Shown piece by piece: positions 9,140-18,204 of a stretch of 38,846 bases of DNA. Position 1 is the stretch's first letter. Each line of letters opens with the position of its first letter. Location of the stretch: the sequence record DRR378314_766. The stretch is one strand, 5' to 3'. A model generated the notes under the pieces. That model was given only the letters and a program-made list of their open reading frames with translations. It made no database searches and had not been told where the DNA came from. Position numbers and translations under genes: made by a program.

Positions 9140-9163
9140 AAGGGGCAATTAAACGCCCCTTTT
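9140..9163. terminator. Intrinsic terminator-like hairpin next to the iadA stop
   Basis: AAGGGGC-AATTAAAC-GCCCCTTTT between convergent genes. Confidence 0.65.
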
Positions 9164-9164
9164 G

Positions 9165-10331
9165 TTACTCAAACGGCCCTTTTATCACTGCAAATCCATT
9201 GTCTACCATTAGACTGCCTTGGCTCCAAACATGCGTAGGCTTGAGGCTTTGGCTATCCATCAATACTAAATCAGCATCAGTGTTTATCGCTATATTGCCC
9301 TTTTTAAGGCCTAATACGTTGGCAGGGTTACTAGTTATAGCCATTAATGCGTGTTCAATACTTACACCATGCACATTGACAGCCTCTACAAAAGAGTCGT
9401 GTAAGGACGCTTCTTTACCCACCTCTAGGCCAATTAAATTAAAATCAGCATCAAAAATAGGCAGGCTGGCATGGCCGTCTGAACTCATTGTTAGCTTTGT
9501 TTTATCAACACCTTGGTCTAAACAATAAGCAAGGGCTCTTGCAGCTGCGTATTCACCGTTCGCTAAATCGTATTCAGTGGTGCTGGTGGTAAAGTCAATC
9601 GTGCCACCGCCTTTACAAAACTCAATACCGGCATCTAACAGGGCTTTATTACGGTTCATATGAGTAGGGTAAAACTGCGTTAACGAGATATCTGTCTGTT
9701 GCTCAATTTCATGCAAAATGCTGAGATGGGTATCAACAGGGCCCACATGAATACTCACCGTGCCTTTTTTGCCGCTAAGCATTCCTGCCACTTTAGCTTG
9801 TGCGGCAAGTTCTGCTAGTTGCTGAACCGTAGGTTGACTACTGCGGTGATCTGAAATGGCCACTTCACCGACACCAATAAACTCGTCAATATACATCAAA
9901 TCATCAGTAATAGAGCCCGTGAGGGTTTTTGCCGGAAGGTGATACGAACCCGTGTGACAAAATACATTTAAGCCCAACTCTTTTAATCCTTTCGCTTTTG
10001 CGACTAAATTAGTGAGCGTTCGGCTGCTTGAATCTGTACCAAGTGCTGCAACAACGGTGGTTATGCCATGTAAGGTGGCATCGGTTAAGTTCATTTCAGG
10101 TGTACGGCTGGCAAAGCCTGCTTCGCCACCACCGCCCGTAATATGTACCAGTGAATCAACAAAGCCGGGTGTGAGTATACAGCCTGTACCGTCAATTACT
10201 TTTATATTTGTATTGCTGTCTATATTTATCTTTTTTTGAAAATCAACGATTTTACTACCAGCTATTAGTACATCCATTTTCCCATGAGGGGTGGGGGTGT
10301 AAAGGTGTGCCCCACAAATAAGTGTTAACAT
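9165..10331 (-). CDS. iadA: Isoaspartyl dipeptidase (beta-aspartyl peptidase)
   Basis: PGFVDSLVHITGGGGEAGFASRTPE, TGSYH, AISDHRSSQPT, PTHMNRN and SSDG motifs. Confidence 0.96.
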   Translation of the reverse strand: MLTLICGAHLYTPTPHGKMDVLIAGSKIVDFQKKINIDSNTNIKVIDGTGCILTPGFVDSLVHITGGGGEAGFASRTPEMNLTDATLHGITTVVAALGTDSSSRTLTNLVAKAKGLKELGLNVFCHTGSYHLPAKTLTGSITDDLMYIDEFIGVGEVAISDHRSSQPTVQQLAELAAQAKVAGMLSGKKGTVSIHVGPVDTHLSILHEIEQQTDISLTQFYPTHMNRNKALLDAGIEFCKGGGTIDFTTSTTEYDLANGEYAAARALAYCLDQGVDKTKLTMSSDGHASLPIFDADFNLIGLEVGKEASLHDSFVEAVNVHGVSIEHALMAITSNPANVLGLKKGNIAINTDADLVLMDSQSLKPTHVWSQGSLMVDNGFAVIKGPFE

Positions 10332-10343
10332 ATAAACGTCTTT

Positions 10344-11750
10344 TTATTGATAATTAATAAAATAAGCAAGAAAGATAAAGCCGCTTGCTAATGCAAAAAG
10401 TGCTGCGGTAAAACGCCAAATAAAGGCCGCCCATTCGCTCCAATCTAATTTAACAATTCCTAAGCAGCCAATGAGGCTGGCAGAGGTAGGTATGAGTATA
10501 TTAGTGAGTCCATCGCCCAACTGAAAAGCCAGTACCACGATTTGACGAGATACGTTGAGTAAATCGCCTAAAGGAGCCATTAAAGGCATGGTGATAGCAG
10601 CTTGCCCCGATCCTGATGAAACAAAGAAGTTAAATACACTTTGAAATAACAACATTCCCCATGCCGCAACGTAGTCAGGCACGGCAGCGATACTACTTGC
10701 ACTGTAATACAAAAGCGTATTGAGTGTAGAGGGCGTGCTCAAATCGCTGCCGCCTAAAAGCAGTACAACGCCTTTTGCCAATGCGACTAATAGGGCGGCG
10801 GGTAATAACTCTTGCGCACCATGTTTGAAGGCATCGGCGCTTTCATTGGCGCTTTGTTTGTTAAACACACTGGCAATAAAAGCACTGACTAAACCTATAC
10901 AGAAAAACTGTGCTGCCAGCTCAGGAATGTAGTACTGGCGAGCCATGACACCCCAGATAACCCAGGCAATACCAGCAACAAAGGTCACTAGAATTAGTTT
11001 GTCGGTAATATCTAGCGTTGGTTGGTTACTTGGCTGTGTTTGTTCAGTTTTGGTCTGCCTTATTGAATTGGCGTAGCGCACAGTAAATACCAAGCCAAAC
11101 AGCGTGAATACACACCAAGCCGCCATTCTAAAACCTGCGCCAGAAAATACCGGGATCTCTGCAATAGATTGGGCAATTGCGATGCTAAATGGGTTCATCC
11201 ATGAGGTGGCAAAACCAATTTGAGTTGCTACGTAGGTCGTTAAGACCGTGACTTTTGCGTCATAGCCTAGTTGCTTCATGATAGGCAGTAGCACAATGCA
11301 AAAAGCAATGGCTTCTTCGCCCATGCCAAATACGGCGCCACCCAACGAAAATAATAAAAATATGAGTGGGATAAACAGCCATTCAACACGTTGTGTTTTA
11401 TGAATGAGGGCCATAATACCGTTATTAATAGCACCCGTTTTCATAATAATGCCAAATGCACCACCGGTAATGAGTATAAACGCCATTACACCTATGGTTG
11501 CGCCATATTTATCGCCCGATACAAGCCCTTCAAATAACACATTTGCAAGGCCTATTTCACCGCCTTCGGCAAAAATAGGTGCTGTTGTGCTCTGTGTGAC
11601 AGGTTGGTATTGAGCAAGTTCAACTCGGTTGCTGCCCTGCTCAGCATTAAAAAAACCGGGTGTAATAAATAAGGTGGCCAGGTAGGCAATAACAGCCACT
11701 GATAACAAGATGATACTTGCATCAGGCATGGTAAATTGTTTGTTTTTCAT
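10344..11750 (-). CDS. yfcC: YfcC-family putative basic amino acid / dipeptide transporter
   Basis: GGAVFGMGEEAIAF, QIGFATSWMNPFS, FNFFVSSGSGQAAITMP, AFQLGDG. Start at ATG 11750 or TTG 11768. Confidence 0.92.
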   Translation of the reverse strand: MKNKQFTMPDASIILLSVAVIAYLATLFITPGFFNAEQGSNRVELAQYQPVTQSTTAPIFAEGGEIGLANVLFEGLVSGDKYGATIGVMAFILITGGAFGIIMKTGAINNGIMALIHKTQRVEWLFIPLIFLLFSLGGAVFGMGEEAIAFCIVLLPIMKQLGYDAKVTVLTTYVATQIGFATSWMNPFSIAIAQSIAEIPVFSGAGFRMAAWCVFTLFGLVFTVRYANSIRQTKTEQTQPSNQPTLDITDKLILVTFVAGIAWVIWGVMARQYYIPELAAQFFCIGLVSAFIASVFNKQSANESADAFKHGAQELLPAALLVALAKGVVLLLGGSDLSTPSTLNTLLYYSASSIAAVPDYVAAWGMLLFQSVFNFFVSSGSGQAAITMPLMAPLGDLLNVSRQIVVLAFQLGDGLTNILIPTSASLIGCLGIVKLDWSEWAAFIWRFTAALFALASGFIFLAYFINYQ

Positions 11751-11794
11751 AATTTCACTTTTAACCAAGGAAGGTTATTGCTTAAAAAGATCAG

Positions 11795-11894
11795 CATCCA
11801 ATAAGTCTAACACTCATAATAAGTGGCACAACAATTTAACTGTTGCGCCACTGAGTGCAATTTGGATGGTGTAGCGGATAGCACGGCTATCCGC
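11795..11894 (-). other. Intergenic RNA structure between the receptor gene and yfcC
   Basis: GCGGATAGC-N3-GCTATCCGC hairpin (11874-11894) plus nested stems CATCCAA/TTGGATG, CACTCA/TGAGTG and AGTGGCACAACA/TGTTGCGCCACT; no U-tract. Confidence 0.6.
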
Positions 11895-11902
11895 AAGTAA
11901 CT

Positions 11903-14872
11903 TTAAAAGCGATAGCTGGCACTAAGCGTGTAGCGTGTGCCGAAGGCATTGTGATTTATTGAGTCAAAACCACGGCTTGAACCATATAGTTTAGGCGGCT
12001 CTTTATCAAAAATGTTATCTATACGCACTCTTATCGCGAGTGCATCGTTAACAAAATAACCTGCTGATAAATCCCACACTAGCCAATCATCCACTTGGTG
12101 GTTACCTTGTGAATCAAGTTCACCGAGCTCATCAAGCTCGTCAATTTGACGGCCTCTAAGCCCTTCAATATCATCTTCATAACTGCTGGTGTAGTTTGCG
12201 CCAAGGTTTAGGTAGTAGCTTTGTGCTTCCCAATCGATTGATACACGGCCGATGTTTTCAGGGTAGCGATAGGTACCAATGAGTTTTTCGATTGCATCAG
12301 AGCCCGGTTTATTACGCTCAAACTCAAGGTAGTGAGTACCGTCAAATGCAAATGTTAAGTCACCACCAGATAGTGTAAAGCGGTGATCAAACTTAATATC
12401 AATCCCTGCTAATGTCTGTGTGCCGGTGTTTTCAAGTGGGATAACATGATCACGAAATAATGGTAAGTATTCTTCACCAGGACGGGGATAAAAACCTTCA
12501 GGATTTTTACTGTTGGCTTCGCTATCTTCGATATTTTCACCGATATAGTTAACCAATATTTCACTTAGATTGGCACCATCTTGCTCGATGTCTAAACCGC
12601 TATCATCATAGACACCACATAATCTATTATCGTAAGAAATACCTTCCTGACCTTCTGGCACAATGCCACAATGACGAAGTGACGCGTCCGTGATAGCACG
12701 ATCAAGTACCGCAGTCATATTAGTATCAATCACTTCTTCGTGATCAAACTGCCAATAATCAACGGTCAAGTTAGTATCAACGCTTGGGCTCCACGCAAAA
12801 CCAACACTAATAGCTTCAGATTCCTCAGCTTTAAGGTTCTTATTACCGAGCTCAAGTGAATTAACACTGACCTCAGTACCTTGACCTGCACAGTATAGGT
12901 TTGACACGGCATTATTAGCTGCACAATCAAAGGTTGATTGAGTGGTTCTTAATTTAACACCCGCTTGGGTCAATGAAGGCGCACGGAACGACGTTGACCA
13001 CGAACCACGAACAACTAACGAGTCAGTAGGGCGATAGCTTAGGCCTATTTTCGGGTTAAATGTACCGCCAAAGTCATCATAATGATCGTAACGACCCGCT
13101 GCTTGTAATTCTACCTGGTCGGTCAATGACACATTCAACTCAGCAAATGCAGCGTATTGAGTACGATCAGCCTCTGATAAGCTTGAACCAAAACCAAATA
13201 CATCTACTAGGTAGCCGTTTTCAGGACGTGCTTGTGAATCAAGTGATGGTATGTCGCTTAACTCTTCACGGCGAGCTTCAACACCAAATGAGGCATAAGC
13301 GGGTAAGTCATTAAAAGTAAATAGCTCACCGTTAAAGTTTGCATCCCAGCCGTATACGGTGCTTTCGCCACTACGGGTTGGGCGTGCCTGTGCCGTTGCT
13401 AAAACCGCATCATTAGCAGCATCGCCTTGCACAAATGGATTATAAAATGGCAGTAAGTCGCCTGATGCACAGTTAAGGCTTTCGCCATCATAACTTGCCA
13501 GTGTACCGTCTGAACATAACTCACCTGTAATTGCAGCGTGGAATTGATAACGGTTATACACACCATCAATGGCTTCTTGTTCTGAACTTGAGCGAGAGAA
13601 CGTTACGCCAGACTCCCAGCCCCAATCACCAATATCGCCAGCAAGGCTACTTACTAAGCGAAAGTTTTTAGTTTCTACTTCCACTGTACGTGGGGCGTTA
13701 AAGCGTGCATCAAAACCAAAACCATAAACTTCGCGACCCGCTTGGGTGTCAAATGGGTCAATGTAGAGCTTATCCATTAAATCATTACTGCCGTCTGCAT
13801 TATCATAAATAAATAGTGCATCTTCTAAGATAAACGGGCCATCATCATCATTGATTTGATTAATAGGTGAAGGAGACGAATAGGCTCTAGACTTTGTTTG
13901 ACTGTAGAAAAAGTCAGTGTGCCAATCAAGTTCACCCACATTGCTGTTAAACATGAATCCAGTTGATAGACTTTCAAATGGCGTGTCTAGGTAATCATCT
14001 TGATTTGGGTAGTAGGCACAAATTTGTTCACCAAATTCAGTAGTGACTAGCTCAGTTTTGCAGTTTGGAGCCGGTAACTCATTACCATCACGGCTACTGA
14101 AATAATAAATATTTGGTGAGTTTTCGAGTTTTGGTAAATATGAATAGCCATTAACCAATGAAGGCGATGCAGTGTAATCGCGATCGGTTGCTTTGAATGC
14201 GTTTCGGTCATAAATGTCGGCAAATACCGTTAAGTTACTGTCGCCAATTTTAGTACCATAAACCAAGTTTAATTGTTTTTTACCTTCATCGTGACTGTTA
14301 AAGCTGTTGCCTAAAGAGGCATTTATTTCAGCGCCTTCAAAGTCATCTTTTAAAATATAGTTGATTACACCAGCTACAGCATCAGCACCATAAACAGCTG
14401 AGGCACCCGTGGCTAAAATATCAATACGCTCGATGGCAGCCAGTGGAATAGAGTTTACATCGACGAAGTTTTCAGTGCCTGCAGCAAATGAGCTGGGGGC
14501 AACACGACGACCATTAATAAGAGTTAATGTTGCTGAAGGGCCCATACCACGAAGGCTTGCAGCAGATTGGCCAGCCGGTGTTGAGGTTGAGGTGCCGCCA
14601 CTTTCTGAAGTTGAAAAGGTGCCGCTGCCGCCTTTAAATACTGATAAGTCTTTTAATAACTCATGAATAGTATTCGCCCCTGAGCGCTTTATTGCGTCTT
14701 GGTCTAATACCGTTAATGGGATTGTACCTTCAAGGTCGACGCCTTTTAAGCGTGATCCAGTAATTTCTACTCGCTCAATGTTTGTTGATTCATCATTTTC
14801 TTGTGCATACACAGTGGTGACAGGGCAAAGCGATGCGCTTATTGCCGCTGCAATAGTTAGTTGACGAAACAT
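11903..14872 (-). CDS. TonB-dependent receptor
   Basis: Signal peptide, TonB box IERVEITGSR, plug LRGMG..TLTLINGRR, SAVYGADAVAGVIN, C-terminal YRF. Confidence 0.97.
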   Translation of the reverse strand: MFRQLTIAAAISASLCPVTTVYAQENDESTNIERVEITGSRLKGVDLEGTIPLTVLDQDAIKRSGANTIHELLKDLSVFKGGSGTFSTSESGGTSTSTPAGQSAASLRGMGPSATLTLINGRRVAPSSFAAGTENFVDVNSIPLAAIERIDILATGASAVYGADAVAGVINYILKDDFEGAEINASLGNSFNSHDEGKKQLNLVYGTKIGDSNLTVFADIYDRNAFKATDRDYTASPSLVNGYSYLPKLENSPNIYYFSSRDGNELPAPNCKTELVTTEFGEQICAYYPNQDDYLDTPFESLSTGFMFNSNVGELDWHTDFFYSQTKSRAYSSPSPINQINDDDGPFILEDALFIYDNADGSNDLMDKLYIDPFDTQAGREVYGFGFDARFNAPRTVEVETKNFRLVSSLAGDIGDWGWESGVTFSRSSSEQEAIDGVYNRYQFHAAITGELCSDGTLASYDGESLNCASGDLLPFYNPFVQGDAANDAVLATAQARPTRSGESTVYGWDANFNGELFTFNDLPAYASFGVEARREELSDIPSLDSQARPENGYLVDVFGFGSSLSEADRTQYAAFAELNVSLTDQVELQAAGRYDHYDDFGGTFNPKIGLSYRPTDSLVVRGSWSTSFRAPSLTQAGVKLRTTQSTFDCAANNAVSNLYCAGQGTEVSVNSLELGNKNLKAEESEAISVGFAWSPSVDTNLTVDYWQFDHEEVIDTNMTAVLDRAITDASLRHCGIVPEGQEGISYDNRLCGVYDDSGLDIEQDGANLSEILVNYIGENIEDSEANSKNPEGFYPRPGEEYLPLFRDHVIPLENTGTQTLAGIDIKFDHRFTLSGGDLTFAFDGTHYLEFERNKPGSDAIEKLIGTYRYPENIGRVSIDWEAQSYYLNLGANYTSSYEDDIEGLRGRQIDELDELGELDSQGNHQVDDWLVWDLSAGYFVNDALAIRVRIDNIFDKEPPKLYGSSRGFDSINHNAFGTRYTLSASYRF

Positions 14873-15101
14873 ATTAATTTACCTTTTGTCTTATTCAAGA
14901 GTCAAAACATGCTTTAAATACAGCAGCTTGCTCATTTTTATTATGATTTTTCCAATCGAATTGAGGCAAAATTAATAGCAGCGGCAAAGCGCAGCTAAAA
15001 CTAATGTTATTTTAGTTTTTATTTGCTTTAAATTTGATTGGTTTCAGACAGGGCAGTGATGTTTAGACACAGTTAGCCCCTCACGAGAATGTGAGGTGTG
15101 G

Positions 15102-15176
15102 CTACTCGTCAAACCACTCCGAAAGGTAGTGAGGAGAGTAGAAATATGTACAAAGCGATGTTGCGTTTTTAAACAT
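15102..15176 (-). CDS. Putative leader peptide / small ORF MFKNATSLCTYFYSPHYLSEWFDE (24 aa)
   Basis: Translated by hand: ATG at 15176, TAG at 15104-15102, GGATTGGAATT immediately upstream; co-oriented with the receptor operon and overlapping alternative hairpins. Confidence 0.5.
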   Translation of the reverse strand: MFKNATSLCTYFYSPHYLSEWFDE

Positions 15177-15196
15177 AATTCCAATCCAAAAGGTTT

Positions 15197-15226
15197 TTGA
15201 CAAAGCTAGTTATTGAGTGCTAGCTT
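15197..15226 (+). promoter_or_regulatory. Putative sigma70 promoter of the cyanophycinase, overlapping an inverted repeat
   Basis: TTGACA-N18-TAGCTT with a TG extension; AAGCTAG...CTAGCTT inverted repeat (15203-15226). Confidence 0.5.
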
Positions 15227-15316
15227 ACTCGCGATTTAAAAGTTCCTTTTTTTTATAGCAAGCATAAAGAGACACTGCAAGCTATTTATCATTATATTTT
15301 ACATGCGAGTAACATT

Positions 15317-17017
15317 ATGGAAATCTTTCAGGAACAACTTAAGCTTAGGCGGTTTGATGGTTTTTTGGCAGCATCTTTGCTGATTTTAGCTTCATATTCT
15401 TCCACGATATCTGCAAATGAAAAAAATCAGACCTTGGTTCTAGTGGGAGGCGCTTTAACAACATGTTCAAGCATGAGCGCCAAAAACTGCCAAGATAAAC
15501 AACAGTTAAGTGGTAAAAGCGCAAACCAATATCAATTAAACCGCGACACATTAAATCAAGTAAAATTAAATTGGCCCAATGATAATGCAGGACATCGCAA
15601 TAAAACATTGCAAGTTTTAGCTACAATGGCACGCCAACATCCTTCACCTTATACCAAGAGCGATCTGCTGTGGGCATGGCGAGATTTAAACAACGCATTA
15701 CTTAATCAATTAACCGATGTAGAGTACAACTTTGTTATCGATAGTATAGAAATACCAGTTGTTAATGCTAATCAAGCGCGACTTAAAGAAGTCGTCAATA
15801 CCACACTAAATAGTGAAACTGCGGCTAACGATATTTTAGATTTTATTTCGGCTACTGCGAAAGTAAGTGCAACTAAGCCTAGCCTTTTAGCTATTACAGC
15901 TTCTAGTCGCGACCCTTATGAATCAGCAGACTTTTATGAAGGATTACTTGATTTCAATGGTATTGCATCTAAGTGGCTGGCGTTGACACCTGCGCTTGCA
16001 AGGGCGATCACCAGCGGGGAATGTGCTCAATTGACCAGTATCCGCGAAAAAACCATGAATGTGTATAATCGTGATGCTATCTACCCCGATCGTATTAAGG
16101 CAGAGTTAGCGCTGTGCGAGCAAGGTGTTGAAAATTTGGTTAAGGTAATTGAATCGGCAACGGGTGTCATGCTTAATGGCGGCGACCAAAGCTTAACGCG
16201 CAAAGTATTATTCGATGAGCAAGGTAGACCTTACCCGTGGACAGAGGCATTACGCTCACGTCCGTTGTTGGTAGGAACAAGCGCCGGTACTGCGATTCAA
16301 AGTGGTGGTAAAAATCAATATGGACAGGTGGCGATGATCACTAACGGCACAAGCCTTAGCGCTTTGCGTGATGGTGCTTTCGCTCAATCAGCACCTAGTG
16401 AACGCTGCACGACTGACTGTGATAAAGGTCTGTCAGGTGACTCATTAACCTACCAAGGTGAGGGGGGCCTAGGCAGCTTTAACTTCGGTATATTGGATAC
16501 CCACTTTAGTGAGCGTGATCGTACGGCACGTTTGGCAACATTGTTAGGTGCGACAAAGCAACCTTATGGATTTGGTGTTGATGAGACAACCGCATTGGTG
16601 GTTATAAACTCTGGTAGTTCTAGACTGATGACTGTGATTGGTAAAAATGGTGTTGTCTATTTACATAAGTCAAACAGCGCAGAGGGTTTTAATTATTCGT
16701 ATTGGCCTGTGGGCACACGCGTAAATATAACGAAGGATGGCTTTAGTATTAATGACAAAACGATCGCAAATGCATTGCCAAAAATGAAAATACCTCCTTT
16801 GCCTATGCAGCGTTTTACCAATATTTTTACTGATACTAAACTACGTTCGTTAACGCAAGCCATGTGCTTGACCAATGATACGCAAGCGACAGCACAACAA
16901 GATGAGTTTTCTGTTGCTATTTCAGGCAATGAAGACAGCCAATTTTACCGTGTTAACAGCTCAAAACATGGGTGTTTAGTTGACAATTTAGCTATTAAAG
17001 TTAAACAGATTCAGTGA
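15317..17017 (+). CDS. Secreted cyanophycinase (CphE-like, peptidase S51)
   Basis: Signal peptide, LVLVGG, GGDQ, catalytic GTSAG (Ser), DTHFSERDR (His) and GVDETTA (Glu). Confidence 0.9.
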   Translation: MEIFQEQLKLRRFDGFLAASLLILASYSSTISANEKNQTLVLVGGALTTCSSMSAKNCQDKQQLSGKSANQYQLNRDTLNQVKLNWPNDNAGHRNKTLQVLATMARQHPSPYTKSDLLWAWRDLNNALLNQLTDVEYNFVIDSIEIPVVNANQARLKEVVNTTLNSETAANDILDFISATAKVSATKPSLLAITASSRDPYESADFYEGLLDFNGIASKWLALTPALARAITSGECAQLTSIREKTMNVYNRDAIYPDRIKAELALCEQGVENLVKVIESATGVMLNGGDQSLTRKVLFDEQGRPYPWTEALRSRPLLVGTSAGTAIQSGGKNQYGQVAMITNGTSLSALRDGAFAQSAPSERCTTDCDKGLSGDSLTYQGEGGLGSFNFGILDTHFSERDRTARLATLLGATKQPYGFGVDETTALVVINSGSSRLMTVIGKNGVVYLHKSNSAEGFNYSYWPVGTRVNITKDGFSINDKTIANALPKMKIPPLPMQRFTNIFTDTKLRSLTQAMCLTNDTQATAQQDEFSVAISGNEDSQFYRVNSSKHGCLVDNLAIKVKQIQ

Positions 17018-17056
17018 GTTTTTATAAAGGTCAACAGAACCTAAGCTAGGCAATAT

Positions 17057-17085
17057 TAAAGCGATGGGCTTATCCCATCGCTTTA
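17057..17085. terminator. Bidirectional terminator
   Basis: TAAAGCGATGGG-CTTAT-CCCATCGCTTTA between convergent genes. Confidence 0.8.
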
Positions 17086-17091
17086 TGTTAT

Positions 17092-18204
17092 TTAAATTCG
17101 TTCTATCGACCATTGTACTGCTATCAATGCAATAATAAGAGAGCCTGCTGGCATCACCCATTTTTGATATACAGCATATCTTCTGCAGCTTATCAGTAAA
17201 GGTAAGGTAGCGGCTAAAATAGCTAATTGACCTATTTCTACTCCTAAATTAAATGCTAACACACTGAGCAATTGATAGTCGTTTGATAAACCGAGCTCAC
17301 CCAAAACACCCGCAAACCCCATACCGTGTAGTAGGCCAAATGCAAAGGTTATCCAGCCTAAACGCAATACCAATGGCCAAATATTATTTAGTGCAGCAAA
17401 TAATACTGAAATGGCTATGCCAAATTCAACCCATCGGCTATTAGGTGAAAGCAGCTCCATTGCAGTTGCTGTCAACGTAATAGAGTGAGCCAAGGTAAAC
17501 GCTGTTACTATCCAGGCGGTATGCTTAAAAATAGCAATTTTTGATGTGACTCCTTGCCATTTACTATCTTTTCTTACCAATACGCAGGTAAGTAATAACG
17601 CAATTAAAAATAGAATATGATCAAGACCTAGCCAAATATGCAATATCCCTTGATAGACATATTGTTTAAATGTTGCGAGGTAACTGGTGCTTGTAAAGTC
17701 GAACGCCTGGGTTGCTTGATCAGCGCTCATAACACGCGTTTGCGAGTTCACAGTGGTGATGACCTTGTGATTAGCGTCGATATCAAAAAATGCGCTGTAT
17801 GTAAGTATTATCGCGCTTTTTTCAGCACAGTTTACGCTTATGGGCAATACAACATACGGTTGATTAAAGTGATTATCGAGCTTCAAATCGTTGTCGCTTT
17901 GTATAAGGCAGGCTTGTTCGTCAGTTGATGATATCTTGATTGATGCATACATAAACTCATTTAAGGCAGCACGCTTGGCGGTGATTTCATGCCAAGCAAT
18001 ATTGCCATCTTGATTAAGATCGAATGCAATTTTATGTTCTAAATCAATCAGTGGGATCTGCCAAGTACCGCTAAATTCATTAAGTGTTTCAGATGATTCA
18101 ACTTTATTTAAACTGAGATAGCTGGTACTAAGTTGATGAGCAAAAGCGGTGCTGCTGAGTAATAGGCACACACTATACAATAAACTGTGAATGTAATATT
18201 TCAT
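17092..18204 (-). CDS. HupE/UreJ-family membrane protein with an N-terminal periplasmic domain
   Basis: Signal AFA-H; GILHIWLGLDHILF, FTLAHSITL, FGLLHGMGF, FNLGVEIGQ. Start 18204 forms an ATGA overlap with the upstream gene. Confidence 0.92.
   Translation of the reverse strand: MKYYIHSLLYSVCLLLSSTAFAHQLSTSYLSLNKVESSETLNEFSGTWQIPLIDLEHKIAFDLNQDGNIAWHEITAKRAALNEFMYASIKISSTDEQACLIQSDNDLKLDNHFNQPYVVLPISVNCAEKSAIILTYSAFFDIDANHKVITTVNSQTRVMSADQATQAFDFTSTSYLATFKQYVYQGILHIWLGLDHILFLIALLLTCVLVRKDSKWQGVTSKIAIFKHTAWIVTAFTLAHSITLTATAMELLSPNSRWVEFGIAISVLFAALNNIWPLVLRLGWITFAFGLLHGMGFAGVLGELGLSNDYQLLSVLAFNLGVEIGQLAILAATLPLLISCRRYAVYQKWVMPAGSLIIALIAVQWSIERI

Noticed and set aside
11794-11820. Third GCATCCAAT copy as an ECF promoter
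   Set aside because: No CGT at the required spacing, antisense orientation, and it is part of a stem.
15107-15140. Resemblance to the c-di-GMP-I riboswitch (CAAACCACTCCGAAAGG) on the plus strand
   Set aside because: The GACGCAAAG junction and the P3 stem are missing, and it lies upstream of the likely plus-strand promoter; better explained by the minus-strand small ORF hairpin.
14873-15316. ArgR boxes controlling the cyanophycin locus
   Set aside because: No convincing TGAAT-N4-ATTCA match was found by eye.
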